Shown: piece by piece, positions 26,870-39,678 of the stretch | Layout of the letters: every line of letters starts with the position of its first letter | How positions within the stretch are numbered: position 1 is the stretch's first letter | NCBI GenBank assembly: GCA_030264375.1 | Contig: JASCQW010000146.1 | Location: forward strand, 30,495,152-30,559,151 | Length of the DNA stretch: 64,000 nt | From: Carcharhinus longimanus | Taxonomy: Eukaryota | Direction of reading: 5' to 3' | Notes under the pieces: generated by a model | Told to the model about the DNA's origin: nothing | The model's database searches: none | What the model saw: the letters and a program-made list of their open reading frames with translations, nothing else | Made by a program: the position numbers and the translations under genes

Positions 26870-28760
26870 GTTAGCGATTGTAAAGACCTTTCAGATCATT
26901 GGCATGCGACTGAGGGACAGAAGCAATGTTCTTGGGTACTACCCTTGCTTGCACGTTGTTCCTTCTGGCTATGACTGTGTTACAGACGTGTCTTCTGCAC
27001 CTTATGGCTTTCATTGGATCCTTATATGGAAGCTCCCCATCATCACTCTTTTCAGGTTCCTGCCCTTCCATATTTTCATTGTCTGAGAAGTTCTCAGTCT
27101 CCTCCATGTTTCCCTCAGGCAAGTGATCGCCCCTTTGAAATGCCAAGCTGTGCAGGACGCAACAGACCATGATGATGTGGAATACCCTCTCTGGAGAGCA
27201 CTGCAGAGCAGGAAGAGGATGAATGATCTCACCTGTACCACCAAGGGAAGTCAATCCTGAAGTGATTGTGGAAAGAGTGTGCAATACAGGCACATCTTCA
27301 GGATGCCAATGGTCTGGTCTATGATGGATCTTATTGAAGCATTGGGGCATTATATCTTTCCTCCAAGGCATTTTGGAGATGATGCATTTGTGTCATTAGC
27401 CATCATATCAGTGGGTACCTCTGATCACCAAGCAGCCATTTTGTAAGCACCACAATCCTTCATATATAACTTTCTGACCCGCAGCCCCCAGGGTTATAAA
27501 AGTGAAAGTCATGATCACACTTCCAGCTAGTTGGCTGGCGCTAAAAACGCTTGCTGTGAGTAAACCCCTTTTATCCCCTTCAGTCAAACCCCAGTTAAGA
27601 GATGATAGTACATTGTAGGTGTGAATTTTTCAATATTTTTCCAACCAAGATGTGAATTTTTCAACATTTCCCATCAAAAATGTGAATTTTCAATTTTTTT
27701 TCTGCCAGAAGATTGCAGTAGGGGCAATACAGTGGTTAGCACTGCTGCCTCACAGCGCCAGGTACCTGGGTTCAATTTCAGGCTTAGGTCACTGTCTATG
27801 TGGAGTTTGCATGTTCTCCCTGTGTCTGTGTGGGTTTCCTCCAGGTGCTCCAGTTTCCTCTCTCAGTCCGAAAATGTGCATGTTAGATGGATTGGCCATG
27901 CTAAATTGCCCCTTATTGACCAATGATGCGCAGGTTAGGTGGATTGGCCCTGCTAAGTTGTCCCTGAGTGTCCAAAGATGTGCAGGGCAGGTGGGTTAGC
28001 CATGCTAACTTGACCCTTAGTGTCCAAAGATTTGTGTGTTAGGTGCATTGGCCATGCTAAATTGCCCCTTAGTGTCCCGGGATGCGTAGGTCAGAGGGAT
28101 TAGTAGGGTAAATATGTGGGGTTATGGGGATAGGGCCTGGGGTGGGATTGTTGACGGTGCAATCTTGATGGGCTAAACAGCCTCCTTCTGCAATATAGGG
28201 GTCCTATGATAATATTAGAGGAAGCTGGGAGTGCCTCAGGATGTATGAATCCTGAGAACACCCAGCATACCTGACACAAACATGCATGATGTGCTTGTGA
28301 TGGTTGGACACCAGCTGAACATTTGGTGAGTGGAACCCTTTCCTGTTAATGAACATCAGGGATTGCTGCCATGGAGGTCTCAAATCCACATGATTTGATT
28401 GCAGCAAGTACTCCAGGGAAGCTAGAGATGGCGACAAAACCCTGGAACTGGCAGCCTGGTGAGCTTCAATCCAGATTGAATTTTATATAATGATGAGTCT
28501 TACTGTAGAGAGCATCTGCCGCCTCCCTAGCAATTTATGTGTTGAGGACTGAGAGATGCCACATAGGTCCCCTGTGCATCCCTGGAACAAGCCGCAGTAA
28601 AAACTGATTGTGGTGGTGACCTTCAGGGGCACTCGCAGGGAATGCGCTCCAGTCTGTGCAGCACATTGGCTCTTTTTGCAAAAAGTGGCAAATATGAGCC
28701 ACCATACCTCCTGACAGTGTAGACATGTGTAGTATTGTCTCTTGCTCATCTCCAAAGAGG
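26870..28760 (-). pseudogene. Harbinger DDE transposase (HARBI1-like), frameshifted and SINE-interrupted
   Basis: FQGCTGDLCGISQSSTHK; FINRKGFHSPNVQLVSNH...VCVRYAGCSQDSYIL; LQCSPERVFHIIMVCCVLHSLA. Confidence 0.88.
27718..28205 (+). mobile_element. HE1-like SINE with internal tandem amplification
   Basis: A roughly 50-bp unit GTTAGGTGGATTGGCCATGCTAAATTGCCCCTTAGTGTCCAAAGATGTGCAG is repeated about four times. Confidence 0.88.
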
Positions 28761-28999
28761 CATGTTCAATTGACCCTTGTGGTGTGGGTCTGACCTCTTC
28801 ATTCTCAAGGTCTTACTGGGGCTCCACTGGACCATGATGTTCATTAACAGGAAAGGTTTCCACTCACTAAATGTTCAGCTGGGTTCTGACCATCATAAGC
28901 ACATCATGCATGTTTATATCATGGTCCTCAGGCTGGGCCTCTTCTTGAAGCTGTGCTAAATGGTGCCAACCAGGCACAACATTGTATCTGAGTAAGGGA

Positions 29000-30780
29000 A
29001 TTGCCTTGTCCTATTTGAAGAGGCTTAATAAGGGTTTATGGTTGGAAACTCTGAAAAGTTTTCGATGGTAGACACATTGATGGAATTTCTTCACAAAAAT
29101 TCAACCCTTTCTTCTCATTTTGACAATACCTCTGACCCATACCTAAAAGGGTCCTGGAGGCATACACAATTGATCTTTCTGTCCTGTTTTTGCAACAATG
29201 TGACAGCACGGCATCAACTTTGTACAAGAATCACAAGTTAACGTAAGTTCTTGTTTAGGGTTGAAAAGGGCCAGTAACTGACATTAACTTTATAAAAAGC
29301 CTCTGCCTGTAGAGCTTCACAGGATCTTCTCTGGTATTTTTGTAGTAAGGGCCAGCACAGAAGCCAAATTTGAAATAAATTTTACATAATAATTGACTAA
29401 TCCTAGGAACGAGTTTAACTCCATGGTGTTCATTGAGAATGGTGCTTCCTTGATGCTTTTACTTTATCCTCTACTGGATGTAACCCTTTGCCTTCTACTC
29501 AGCAGCCTAAATAGGTTATTGTCACATGGAAAATGCATTTCTTCCTTGAAAAATCTCTGCAAGATGACTTCTAGGTTGGGCAGATGTTCTTCTTGTGTAG
29601 CCCTTGTGACCAAGACATCATCTATGTCTACTGCTACCTTGGGTGGCTGTTAAAGGATGTTCTCCATAGCTCTTTGGAAGAAGGCACACCCTGTCAGTAA
29701 AGTTTATTTATTAGTCACAAGTAAGGCTTACATTAACACTGCAAAGAAGTTACTGTGAAATTCCCCATGTCATCACAGTCCGATGCCTGCTTGGGTCATT
29801 GCAGCTAACCAGCATGTATNNNNNNNNNNNNNNNNNNNNNNNNNNNNNNNNNNNNNNNNNNNNNNNNNNNNNNNNNNNNNNNNNNNNNNNNNNNNNNNNN
29901 NNNNNNNNNNNNNNNNNNNATTCAGCCCATTGAGTCTGTACCGACCACAATCCCAATCAGGCCCTATTCCCGTAACCTCATACATTTACCCCGCTAATCC
30001 CCCTGACAGTAGGGTCAATTTAGCTTGGCCAATGAACCTAACCTGCACATCTTTGGAGTGTGTGAGGAAACCAGAGCACCCAGAGGAAACCCACACAGTC
30101 ATGGGGAGAAAGTGCATGAGGCTGGAATTGAACTTGGGACCCTGGCACTGTGAGGCAGCAGTGCTAACCACTGTGCCACTGTATGGTGAGGGACTGATTA
30201 GACAAGGTCCCTCCCCCTAATTTGGAGAACATTGATGCCTGATGTTCCTTATAGTTCCTGAGCCCCCTTTTCTATGTTCTCATGCAACAAGGCTACTTTA
30301 AAGGCTTTTATAAAGTCCAAATTGGGTTCTACTAAGAGCTTCTTTTGGATGGTTAGGTCATTTATGTCAAATATCAATCTGTCCCACAACATTTCATTCA
30401 GAGGCGGCCCAAATTCAGTATTCCGCTAGTTTCCACAACCTAGCCAAGAACTCAGTGACAGATTCCCCAGGAACATTCCCCATGTTGAAGCAATATCTCT
30501 GCAAAATTACAGGGACCTTCAGGTCATTGTGATTTTTCACCAGGCCTATGAGCTCATTAAAAGTTTGTGACTCGAGGGTATCCAGGTGGATCAGATTAGT
30601 TAGCACACATTCGGGCCCGCGTGCTGTTAACAATATCACTTCTTATTTTTCGTTTCCTTCAATGTTAGCACGGAAGAAATAGTGCATGCACTCAGTATTT
30701 GGGTGTTCTTCCCTACTAGTGTCACAGGACTCAGGTTTCCCGAAAAGAGGCACCTTGGCTTTCTCTTATCAGTAAAGATT
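29000..30780 (-). mobile_element. Ty3/Gypsy gag and pol remnants
   Basis: Gag: TFNELIGLVKNH...PVILQRYCF...PGESVTEFLARLWKLAEY; RNase H: IVYASRTLL...RYCQNEKKGL; interrupted by SINEs at 29700-30185. Confidence 0.8.
29920..30185 (-). mobile_element. HE1-like SINE
   Basis: Reverse complement GTGGCACAGTGGTTAGCACTGCTGCCTCACAGTGCCAGGG head. Confidence 0.85.
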
Positions 30781-33589
30781 TTTAACTTTTGGAAGTTGTC
30801 CGGAAGGAAAGAGAGAAAGAAAAAAATGTAATAACCATTGTAATAATGCAGCCAAACACCAGTTTACCACCACCAACATCCTTTATTGTGCACCAGAGGA
30901 AACGGCTGTGCCTTTGGCTTATAATAAAAAGTCTGACACATCCACGTCATGACTACCTTTGGCTTATAGTCAGGTGATAAAGTCATAGTTTTACAGTGCA
31001 GATAAGACCTTTTGGTCCAAAGAGTCTGCAATGTCTACCATTAAAACTTTGCTAATCCCATCTTCCTGCACTTGTCTCATATCCTTGAATATTATGATAT
31101 TTCAAGGGCTCATCCAAATTTTTTTTAATGGCTGTAAGGTTCCAGCCTCGACGATTATCCCAGGCAATGCATACCCACAATCCTCTGGTTGAAAAGTAGT
31201 CTTTACCTTGAGATCTACAACTCACGTCTGGGTAAAGTAATAGGCTTAAAAACCCCCACTGACTGCATCCAATTGGGCAAGCATCCGCTCGCTCAATAAG
31301 GAAGCTTGTACTCCATGAAGCCCATGGGATGATCTATAAATGATTCCCCAGAGGCCTTTGTGGCCATAGTAACGTTTGTACTCACCTCAAATTCAGAAGT
31401 GGAGTGAGGGTGGACAGCTGCACACCACTTATATCTGGTAGTGATCTAGACTGGTCTAATTTCCGATTAGCATGGCATGGCATGGGGAGGAGGAACATGA
31501 TTCAAGCAAGTTGCATTTTTTATGAGGATTCATGACATGCTAATGCTTGCAAATAGTATTCCTGACATTGACCATTGGGCAAGCTGACCTACCATCATCC
31601 TGCCATGAAAGTGGCGAGGGGAAAATTCTGACTTGTTTTTCCATCAGAATGAGTCTGACTTTTGGCCTCACTGTGAATTTTCCACTCCTGACCGCAACGA
31701 ATTCCACCGCTGAAGGGACTGGAAAATTCAGCCCATCATCTCTACATAAATCTGTTGCAGCTATATAAACCAGAACTGTCAGGCTCACAACCTACTACCT
31801 CAGTGCTGTCAAACTTGTGCATTCACCTCTCTGGTGCTGACGCAGGAAACCCCCAGTGAGTCCAATCCCACATTTCATCCTTGCTATGACAGATGTGACA
31901 AGTGCACAGTTTTATTCCACATCCCATTTTTCATCTCGGCATCACATTTTCTTATATTTAGATTATCTCACTTTGAATGTGAATATAAGTAAAGTGAAGA
32001 CAAAGAGAGTGGGTGGAAAGCAAAGAGGTAATTACAGGAAGAAAGTATTTTTGTTCACGAGCTAAGACATTGGAGAACAATTTTATTATAATACATTACA
32101 TTGAGCATAGCATAATGTACCTGGCATTACAAAATAATATATCTTCCACCTTATCATTGCTATAAAGCCATGGTAAATCTCCTAGAACACATAAGAACAG
32201 AATAATAATGTTCATGTCCTTTTAAATAAACATGATAATTCTGCTCATTGTGAGCAAGGAACTATTCCCAGTCTAACCACTGAATAAAATTCCTGCAGTA
32301 GAGTGCTTTAAGATTTTTCCATAGTGCCAGCTTTTAGAAGATGTCTGTTGAAATTTCAAGGCTTTATGTTGTTAATCAGTTATTGTAATATCTAGACTTT
32401 GATGTGTTCTTAGATCAACTTAAACATCTGACTGTTGTTAATGTAGAGGATTGCTACTTTTGTTTTTTGTAATAATGTGACAATCATTCAATCTTAAACA
32501 AACTAAACAGCCTGCGCCAAAAAGCATATACATATAATTACCCGCTCAGATGCAAAGAACGATTCGCATGTAGTCAAGATATGAATTTGTTAGTTAGCTA
32601 GATGATCCTAACTCCATCGTAAGCGTTGAAAAAGATAAAGGGATTCTTTGTGATGGAAAATTCAGAAACCATTCAAATAGCTCTAGCATGAAATTCATCA
32701 TTAGAAAGTTCAGGACAAGGAAACAATAAATATAGACTTTTGCTATGACAAGGAATGTGAAGCAAGAGGGAAAATTAAAATTAAAAAGAAAAAAGTATTT
32801 ATATCTTGGTCAAAATGCATTCTTCTGGACATGCGACATGGCAATGCATCCATCTTTGGGAACTGTCATTAGGTGGTACTGGGAATAAAATCTCCCTAGT
32901 TCCATTAGTGGATCTCACCACAACCTTTATCATGACCGTGACATTTGAAATTTTTTTTCACTAATTTTGCTTCTCCCTTTATTCATTTACTTAGAACTAT
33001 GAAACATTATTAGAAATAATTGAAACTACTTTGGTTTCTTTTATAGTTTCTTCCAGTTCACTTAGTTCTACAGTGTCTCTTAACCATTGAGTTTCTTGTA
33101 TTCCACTAAATCACACCAGACTTTGTTGCTTAGTTCTGCAGATAACTGCAGTTCCTTAGTTTTGAATGTCTCTACATCTCCTCCTTCTAAACTTGACTTC
33201 AAGTTCCTATGACCCTCGCTGCTTTGTAGGTTTGTCTGCAATTTACCACTTATCCTGATTCAATTGTACAGGTTTATTGCCCCTTGTCTTGTGAATCTCA
33301 GAACTTGTCTTCAGCTTTTAATCTTGCATTAATTGTGATATTGCTCTCTACCTTGATACTACATCAAGTTTTTCCACTTCAAAATAATTTGTTCTGTGAA
33401 ATATTTCATTTTTTTTTCAGGCATGATAAAGTGCTATACAGATGCAAGTTATTTTGTAACAGCTGCATTTGCTGACTTTTGGTATTAGAGATCTTAACGA
33501 GAACTGTTGTATTCCTTACTAGCACATTCACTGGTGATCTGCAGATTGTGAATGGGACAAATACCAGTTCACCAGATTCTCCATCTCTT

Positions 33590-35575
33590 TCCTATAATCC
33601 GTCTCATCATTGTTTGAGATCCAGCCCACAATGGTGGTGTCATCAGCAAACTTGAAAATTTAGTTAGAGGGGAATTCGGCCACACAATTGTAGATGTATA
33701 AGAGGCTGAGGACAGAGACTTGTGGGGCACTGGTGTTCAGGATGATTACAGAGGTGTTGTTGCCTATTCTTACTAGATTGCAGTCTGTAAGTTAGGAAGC
33801 CTAGGATCCAGTCGCAGAGGGAGGAGCCGAGCCCCAGGCCACAGAGTTTGTAGATGAGTTTTGTAGGAATAATGGTGTTGAAGGCTGAGCTGTTGTCAAT
33901 AAATAGGAGTCTGATATACGTGTCTTTGGTATCCAAGGTTGAGTGTAGGCCAGGGAGATGGTGTCTGCTGTGGTCCTGTTGTGGCAATAGGCAAACTGTA
34001 GTGGATCCAAGCAATCTGGGAGGCTGGAATTGATTCATGCATGAACCTTTTGAAGCACTTCACAATAATGGATGTCAGAGACACCGGCGATAGTCACTAA
34101 GGCATGCTGTCTGACTTTTCTTTGGTATAGGGATGATGGTCATCTTCTTGAATCAGATAGGAACTTCAGATTCTGCGAATACCCCAGTGTTGCAAGGTTC
34201 TCTGGAGACCAGGTATCGCCAGATTTTAAGCCAACACAAAGACTCATGAAAACCAGTGTCCCGATTAAAGGCATATCTTTATTTGACCAATGATTGAAGG
34301 GAGACATAAACATTGGGCAGTCCAATGCCTTACTACAAGGGAAGGCTTTGAGCATTCCAATACATCCGTCAAAACAATTATGCATTTCTCAAGTTTGCTC
34401 CTTCCACTTCTCCGAAAATCATGAACAAATCATCATTAATATATCTACAAACCACTGTTAACAATGGTCATATACCTTAGCCATTCTATTCTCTGACATC
34501 ATGGAATTTCATGGATTCATAGAATCTGGATGCTTCCTCCCCCTATTGCCTAGCAACCCCTGACGCTTAGCTACAAAGCCCAAAGTTAATGTTCCCACCA
34601 ACTCTTGCTTGCATCGACAGCCGAACCAGACAGATGTACATTCTCATGTCTGAGAAGATGTGCCTTATCTGAACACTGTAAACAACCCTATTCATAAAGG
34701 GACTCTGAGAACCTTACTGCTAGCAACTTTTGCTCTTAAGAACGTGCACATTTTGTGGTTCCGTTATTCCAAAGAACGTGGTTCTGTCTGCTAATGCTTC
34801 ATCCCATCATCCCTCACAGCAGCTTGCCTTTGGCTTACGTGCAGTTCCTTGTAAAAACACAGCTAATACATTTAAAATACCAAAATACATGTTTAAATCA
34901 GAAATACTTGTTCAAATTTAATACTTATTTGAAGTTCTTACTGTGTTCATGCGGTTTTCATGTAGATAGTTCCCTTGTTAGACTGAGAGCCTGATCTGAG
35001 GGCATTTCACTAATTGCTCATATTTTACTAGTGATTTAAATTCCTGATTATTTGAAATTTATCTAACCCACTATCAGTTTCTCCAACACCCAGCCAGCTG
35101 GTCTGCGCAGAATCTGATTGCTTATCCGGATATCCCATTCGGGTCAGCACACTTTCTGTGTGCTGACTTTCAAGAAGGCTGCTCTGACGTCTGCAATGGG
35201 ACCTGGGATAGCAGTTTGGCCGAGGCTTCTGGGTTGGAGGGCACGCTTTCGCTGCCTCTTGCTCAAAACGGGCACTGAATACATTGAGCTCATCAGGGAG
35301 CCGGTGCACTGATGCTGGCAATTCTGCATGGTTTCATCTTGTAGCCTGTTACGCCTTGCAGACCTTGCCATATTTGGTGGGAGTCCATGTAGCTAGCCTG
35401 GGACTCCAGCATGGTCTGGTACATCTTTTGGCATCTTTGATGGATCTCCGTAGATTTCTTGTATAGGTCAGAGCCGCCTGACTCGGACAACTCAGACCTG
35501 GACTTCAGCAAACAACGAACAGCATACTTCATTCATGGTTTCTGATTAGGAAACATATGGATTTGCTTCTTTGGC
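33590..35575 (-). mobile_element. Rex1/Babar LINE ORF2 fragment split by a solo LTR
   Basis: PDELNVFSARFEQ and ADQLAG upstream; GVFA..SEVP..FKKMTIIPIPK, DPLQFAY and [17 protein letters not shown] downstream of the insert. Confidence 0.88.
34188..35088. mobile_element. Solo LTR (901 bp) with 5-bp target-site duplication
   Basis: Ends TGTTG...CAACA, flanked by CCCAG at 34183-34187 and 35089-35093; splits the Rex1 reading frame. Confidence 0.8.
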
Positions 35576-35749
35576 TTCTGCATGTTAAAACCAGCTGCAA
35601 TTGTTTATTTAACAGTTCATTTTTGCCCTTACATTTCTTTAATCTCAATGTTATTCAGATATGTAATTCAACACTCCTGCAGAATTAGATTTATTTTCTG
35701 GATAAACTGATTTTTTTTTTAAAGTATGCACACTAATTATAATGTGACT

Positions 35750-36112
35750 GAATTGGTGATTCAGAGACGCAGACTAATGTTCTGATAACATAAGTTTAAA
35801 TCCCATCATAGCAGTTTGGGGATTTAAATTCAATTAATAAATAAATTTGGATTAAAAAGCAAAGCTCATTTCAGTAAGAGTGACCAATAAGCTGATAAAA
35901 ACCCACATGGTTCAGTAATGCCCTCCAGGGAAGGAAATCTGCCCTCCTTACCTGGTCTGGACTACATGTGGCTCCAGACCCCCAAGCCAAGGGGTTGATT
36001 CTTAACTGTCCTCTGAAATGGCCTATCATGCCAGTCAGTTCAAGGGCGAGTAGGGACAGGCAACAAATGTTAGCCTTCCCAATGACACCCACAACCCAAA
36101 ATCAAAATGAAA
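35750..36112 (+). mobile_element. tRNA-derived SINE sharing its 3' tail with the second CR1-superclade LINE
   Basis: GTTTAAATCCCA B-box-like motif, GGAAGGAAATCTGCC core, tail AGGGACAGGCAACAAATGTT; antisense copies at 42820-43140 and 56510-56790. Confidence 0.7.
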
Positions 36113-36659
36113 AAGTTTATTTTTATCAATTGTAGGACCAATTTCTATATATTTTTCACAGTGTAATGTAGTAACAAATCATTTTTACTCAAACCATTTA
36201 CCTCTGAAACAATAGCTAATTAATAGATCAGTATAAGGTTATCTAAATGATGGTTGGATTAACATGAAAAATATGAGCAAGTATATAAAACCATCTCTAC
36301 AACTCAAAAGTATTAATTCATTAGTTGTTCACATTTATCATAATGAAGATCAATTCTATCATTTTGCTTTCACTTTTTTAATGATCAGAATTACCATTTT
36401 TCCCTAATACTGAAAATATTGAAGAAAGTTTGAAGAAACAGCCTAAAACACTGAAGTGCATGATTAAATCAAGGAGAGTAACTGAAAACTGTTGAAAGAA
36501 AGCAATTCCGAGTACAGTGAACACTTTCTTCCGTAGTCTCCCTCTACTTGGGGGCACCAGAGATGGAACAGAAGTGTTTGCTCACGTTCCTATGGCCCAT
36601 TGTCACTGGTGGACACTGCAGTGAACAGAACAGTTAAAAGTAATATTTTAAGTCACTGC

Positions 36660-39290
36660 AAAGTGTGTCAACTGCGGCACACTTTGCCTCTGAGTCACTT
36701 GGTCGCACACTTTGCCTCTGAGTCATAGAGTTCTGGGTTCAAGTCCCACTCCAGGACACGAGCATACAATTCAAGTTACTCTGGTACAGTATTCTGTGAG
36801 CTTTGCACTGCTGGAAGCATCATATTTCGGATGAGACATTCATCCAATGTCCCAATTGCCTGCTTGGGTGGATGCAAATAATCTCATGTGACTATTTTGA
36901 AGAGCAGGGGAGTTCTCCCCAGTGTCGTGGCCAATATTTATCCCTCAGTCAACATAACAAAGCACCAGCTTGTCTGGTNNNNNNNNNATTAATGATATAT
37001 AGATAAAGCTGAAGCATTTGCAGCAATCTTCAGCCAGAAGTGCCGAGTGGATGATCCATCTCAGCTTCCTTCAGTGGTCCCCCACATCTCAGATGCCAGT
37101 CTCCAGCCAATTCGATTAATTCCACGTGATATCAAGAAATGGATGGAGTCACTGGATACTGGAAAGGCAATTGGCCCTGATAACATTCCGACAATAGCAC
37201 TGAAGACTTGTGCTCCAGAACTTGCCACTCCCTTAGCCAAGCTCTTCCAGTACAGTTACAAAACTGACAATGTGGAAACTTATCCAGGTACATCCTCTAA
37301 CCAAAAAGCAGGACAAATCCAACCTGGTCAATTACTGCCCAGGCTACTCTCGATCATCAGTAAGATGTTGGGTCATCAACAGTGCTATCAAGCAGCACCT
37401 GCTCAGAATTGACCTGCTTGATGATGCCCACTTTGGGTTTCGTTAAAGTCACTCAGCTCCTGACCTCATTACAGCCTTGGTATAAACATGGACAAAAGAG
37501 ATGAATTCAGAGGTGAGGTGACAGTGACAGCCCTTGACATCAAGGCCACATTCGATTGAGTGTAGCATCAAGGAACCCTAGCAAACTGGAGTCAATGGAT
37601 ATCAGGGGCAAATTCTCCGCTGAATGGAGTCATACCTGGTATATAGGAAGATGGTTGTGATTGTGGAGGGTCAGTCATTTCAGCTCTGGGACATCTCTGC
37701 AGGAGTCCCTTAGGGTAGTGTCCTAGGCCCAACTATCTTCAGCTGCTTCATCAATGACCTTTCCTCTGTCATAAAGTCAGAAGTGGGGATGTTCGCCAAT
37801 GATTACACAATGTTCAGCACCATTCAGCACAAGTCCTCAGATACTCAAACAGTCCGTGTTCAAATGCAACAAGATCTGGACAATATCCAGGCTTGGGCCT
37901 ATAAGTGGCAAGTAACATTCGCGCCACACATATGTCAGGCAATGACCATCATCAATAAGAGACACTCTTAACCACTGCCCCTTGACATTCGATGCTGTTC
38001 CATCACTGAATCCCCCACTGTCAACATCCTTGTGGTTACCATTAACCAGAAACTTGACTGGACTTGCCATATAAACAAAATGGCTACAAGAGTAGGTCAG
38101 AGGCTAGGAATACTGCAGTGAGTAACTCATTTCCTGACTCCCCAAAGCCTGTCCACCATCTACAAGGCAGAAGTCAGGAGTGTGATAGAACACTCCTCAC
38201 TTGCCTGGATGGATGCAGCTCCAACAACACTCAGGAAGCTTGACACCATCCAGGACAAAGCAGCCCACTTGATTGGCACCATGTTTACAAACATCCATTC
38301 CCTCCACTACCAATGCTCAGTAGCAGCAGTGTGTATTATCTATAGTATGCACTGTAGCAACTCGCCAAAGATAGACAGAGGGGAACCGGTGGATGTGGTG
38401 TTTTTAGATTTCCAAAAGGCGTTTGATAAGGTGCCTCATAAAAGGTTGNNNNNNNNNNNNNNNNNNNNNNNNNNNNNNNNNNNNNNNNNNNNNNNNNNNN
38501 NNNNNNNNNNNNNNNNNNNNNNNNNNNNNNNNNNNNNNNNNNNNNNNNCTGGACTTGCCATATAAACAAAATGGCTACAAGAGTAGGTCAGAGGCTAGGA
38601 ATACTCCAGTGAGTAACTCATTTCCTGACTCCCCAAAGCCTGTCCACCATCTACAAGGCACAAGTAAGGAGTGTGATGGAATACTCCCCACTTGCAGCTC
38701 CAACAACACTCAAGAAGCTTGACACCATCGAGGACAAAATAGCTTGCTTGACTGGCACATCTACAAACTTTCAATCCCTCCACCACTGATGTTCAATAGC
38801 TGCAGTGTGTGCTATCTGTAAGATGCAATGTGGCAATTCACCAAAGATCCTTAGACAGCACTTTCCAAACACATGACTACTTCTAGCTGGAAGGACAAGG
38901 GCAGCAGATACATGGGAACACCACTACTTGCAGGTTCTTCTCCAAGCCTCTCACCATCCTCACTTGGAAATATATTGCCGTTCCTTTGCAGTGGCTGGGT
39001 CAAAATCCTGGAATTCCCTGCCGAATGGCATTCTGGGTCAACCGACAGCACACGGACTGCAGCATTTTAAGAAGGCAGCTCATCATTACCTTCTCAAGGG
39101 CAACTAGGGATGGGCAATAAATGTTGGCTAGCCAGAGATGTTCATGTCCCATGAATGAATAATAAAAAATATATTACAATTTGTGGGAGTTTGTTGAGCG
39201 CAGATTAGTTACTGCATTTCTTTTGTTACAATGGTAACTGCAGTTCAAAAGTACTTCATTGGCTATAAAACACTTTGAGATGTCCGGTGC
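36660..39290 (+). mobile_element. Deu-domain SINE (SacSINE1/AmnSINE1-like) split by a LINE insertion
   Basis: GGGTTCAAGTCCCACTCCAG head and GAAGAGCAGGGGAGTTCTCCCCAGTGTCGTGGCCAATATTTATCCCTCA core to about 36975; 3' part (TGTGGGAG...TTCATTGGCTATAAAACACTTTGAGATGTCC) resumes at about 39170. Confidence 0.75.
36990..39168 (+). mobile_element. CR1-superclade LINE (second family), ORF2 to tail
   Basis: LDTGKAIGPDNIPTIALKTCAPELATPLAKLFQYSY; ALDIKATFD; MFANDYTMF; tail GGGCAATAAATG...AATAAAAAA. Confidence 0.9.
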
Positions 39291-39419
39291 CATCAAGGAA
39301 ACCTCTACAAGCTCTGCTTCGGTTTTGTACTTAATTTCTTCTTAAGTGAAAGGGGACACTTCTGTTTAGTTTTGGGGTTGGTAAAACTGTGAAAAAGTCA
39401 TAAAAGAAGTCGGCTCTGT

Positions 39420-39660
39420 TCTCTCAAAACATCTTGGGGGCAGCATTGGAGGTCACAACATCTGGAGACAGCTGATATGCTGATGACACCATCCTTTTGG
39501 CCAAAGACAAGCAGGAACTATTCATGATGGCTGAAGAGCTGAGAAAATCAAGTCTGAGATTTAGATTGAGCATTAACAACAACAACAAGACATACTTGAT
39601 GAGATTTCACAGCGACAGCAACCATTGCGAATATAGATCAATTTCAATTTCCGAGATTGA
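39420..39660 (+). mobile_element. RTE-clade LINE RT fragment
   Basis: YADDTILLAKDKQELFMMAEELRKSSLRFRLSINNNNKTYLM. Confidence 0.7.
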
Positions 39661-39678
39661 GTGACAACAAATGGGAAT

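Larger units (their letters stand above)
24575..31734. mobile_element. Decayed PIF/Harbinger element with convergent Myb/SANT and transposase genes and nested insertions
   Basis: Candidate ends GGGCAGCAATTT (24575) and AAAATTCAGCCC (31734); both internal ORF types are recognisable; the boundaries are inferred. Confidence 0.55.

Noticed and set aside
27718-28100. CRISPR-like array or tRNA gene
   Set aside because: The repeats are adjacent with no unique spacers, the DNA is eukaryotic, and the tRNA-like heads are SINE heads.
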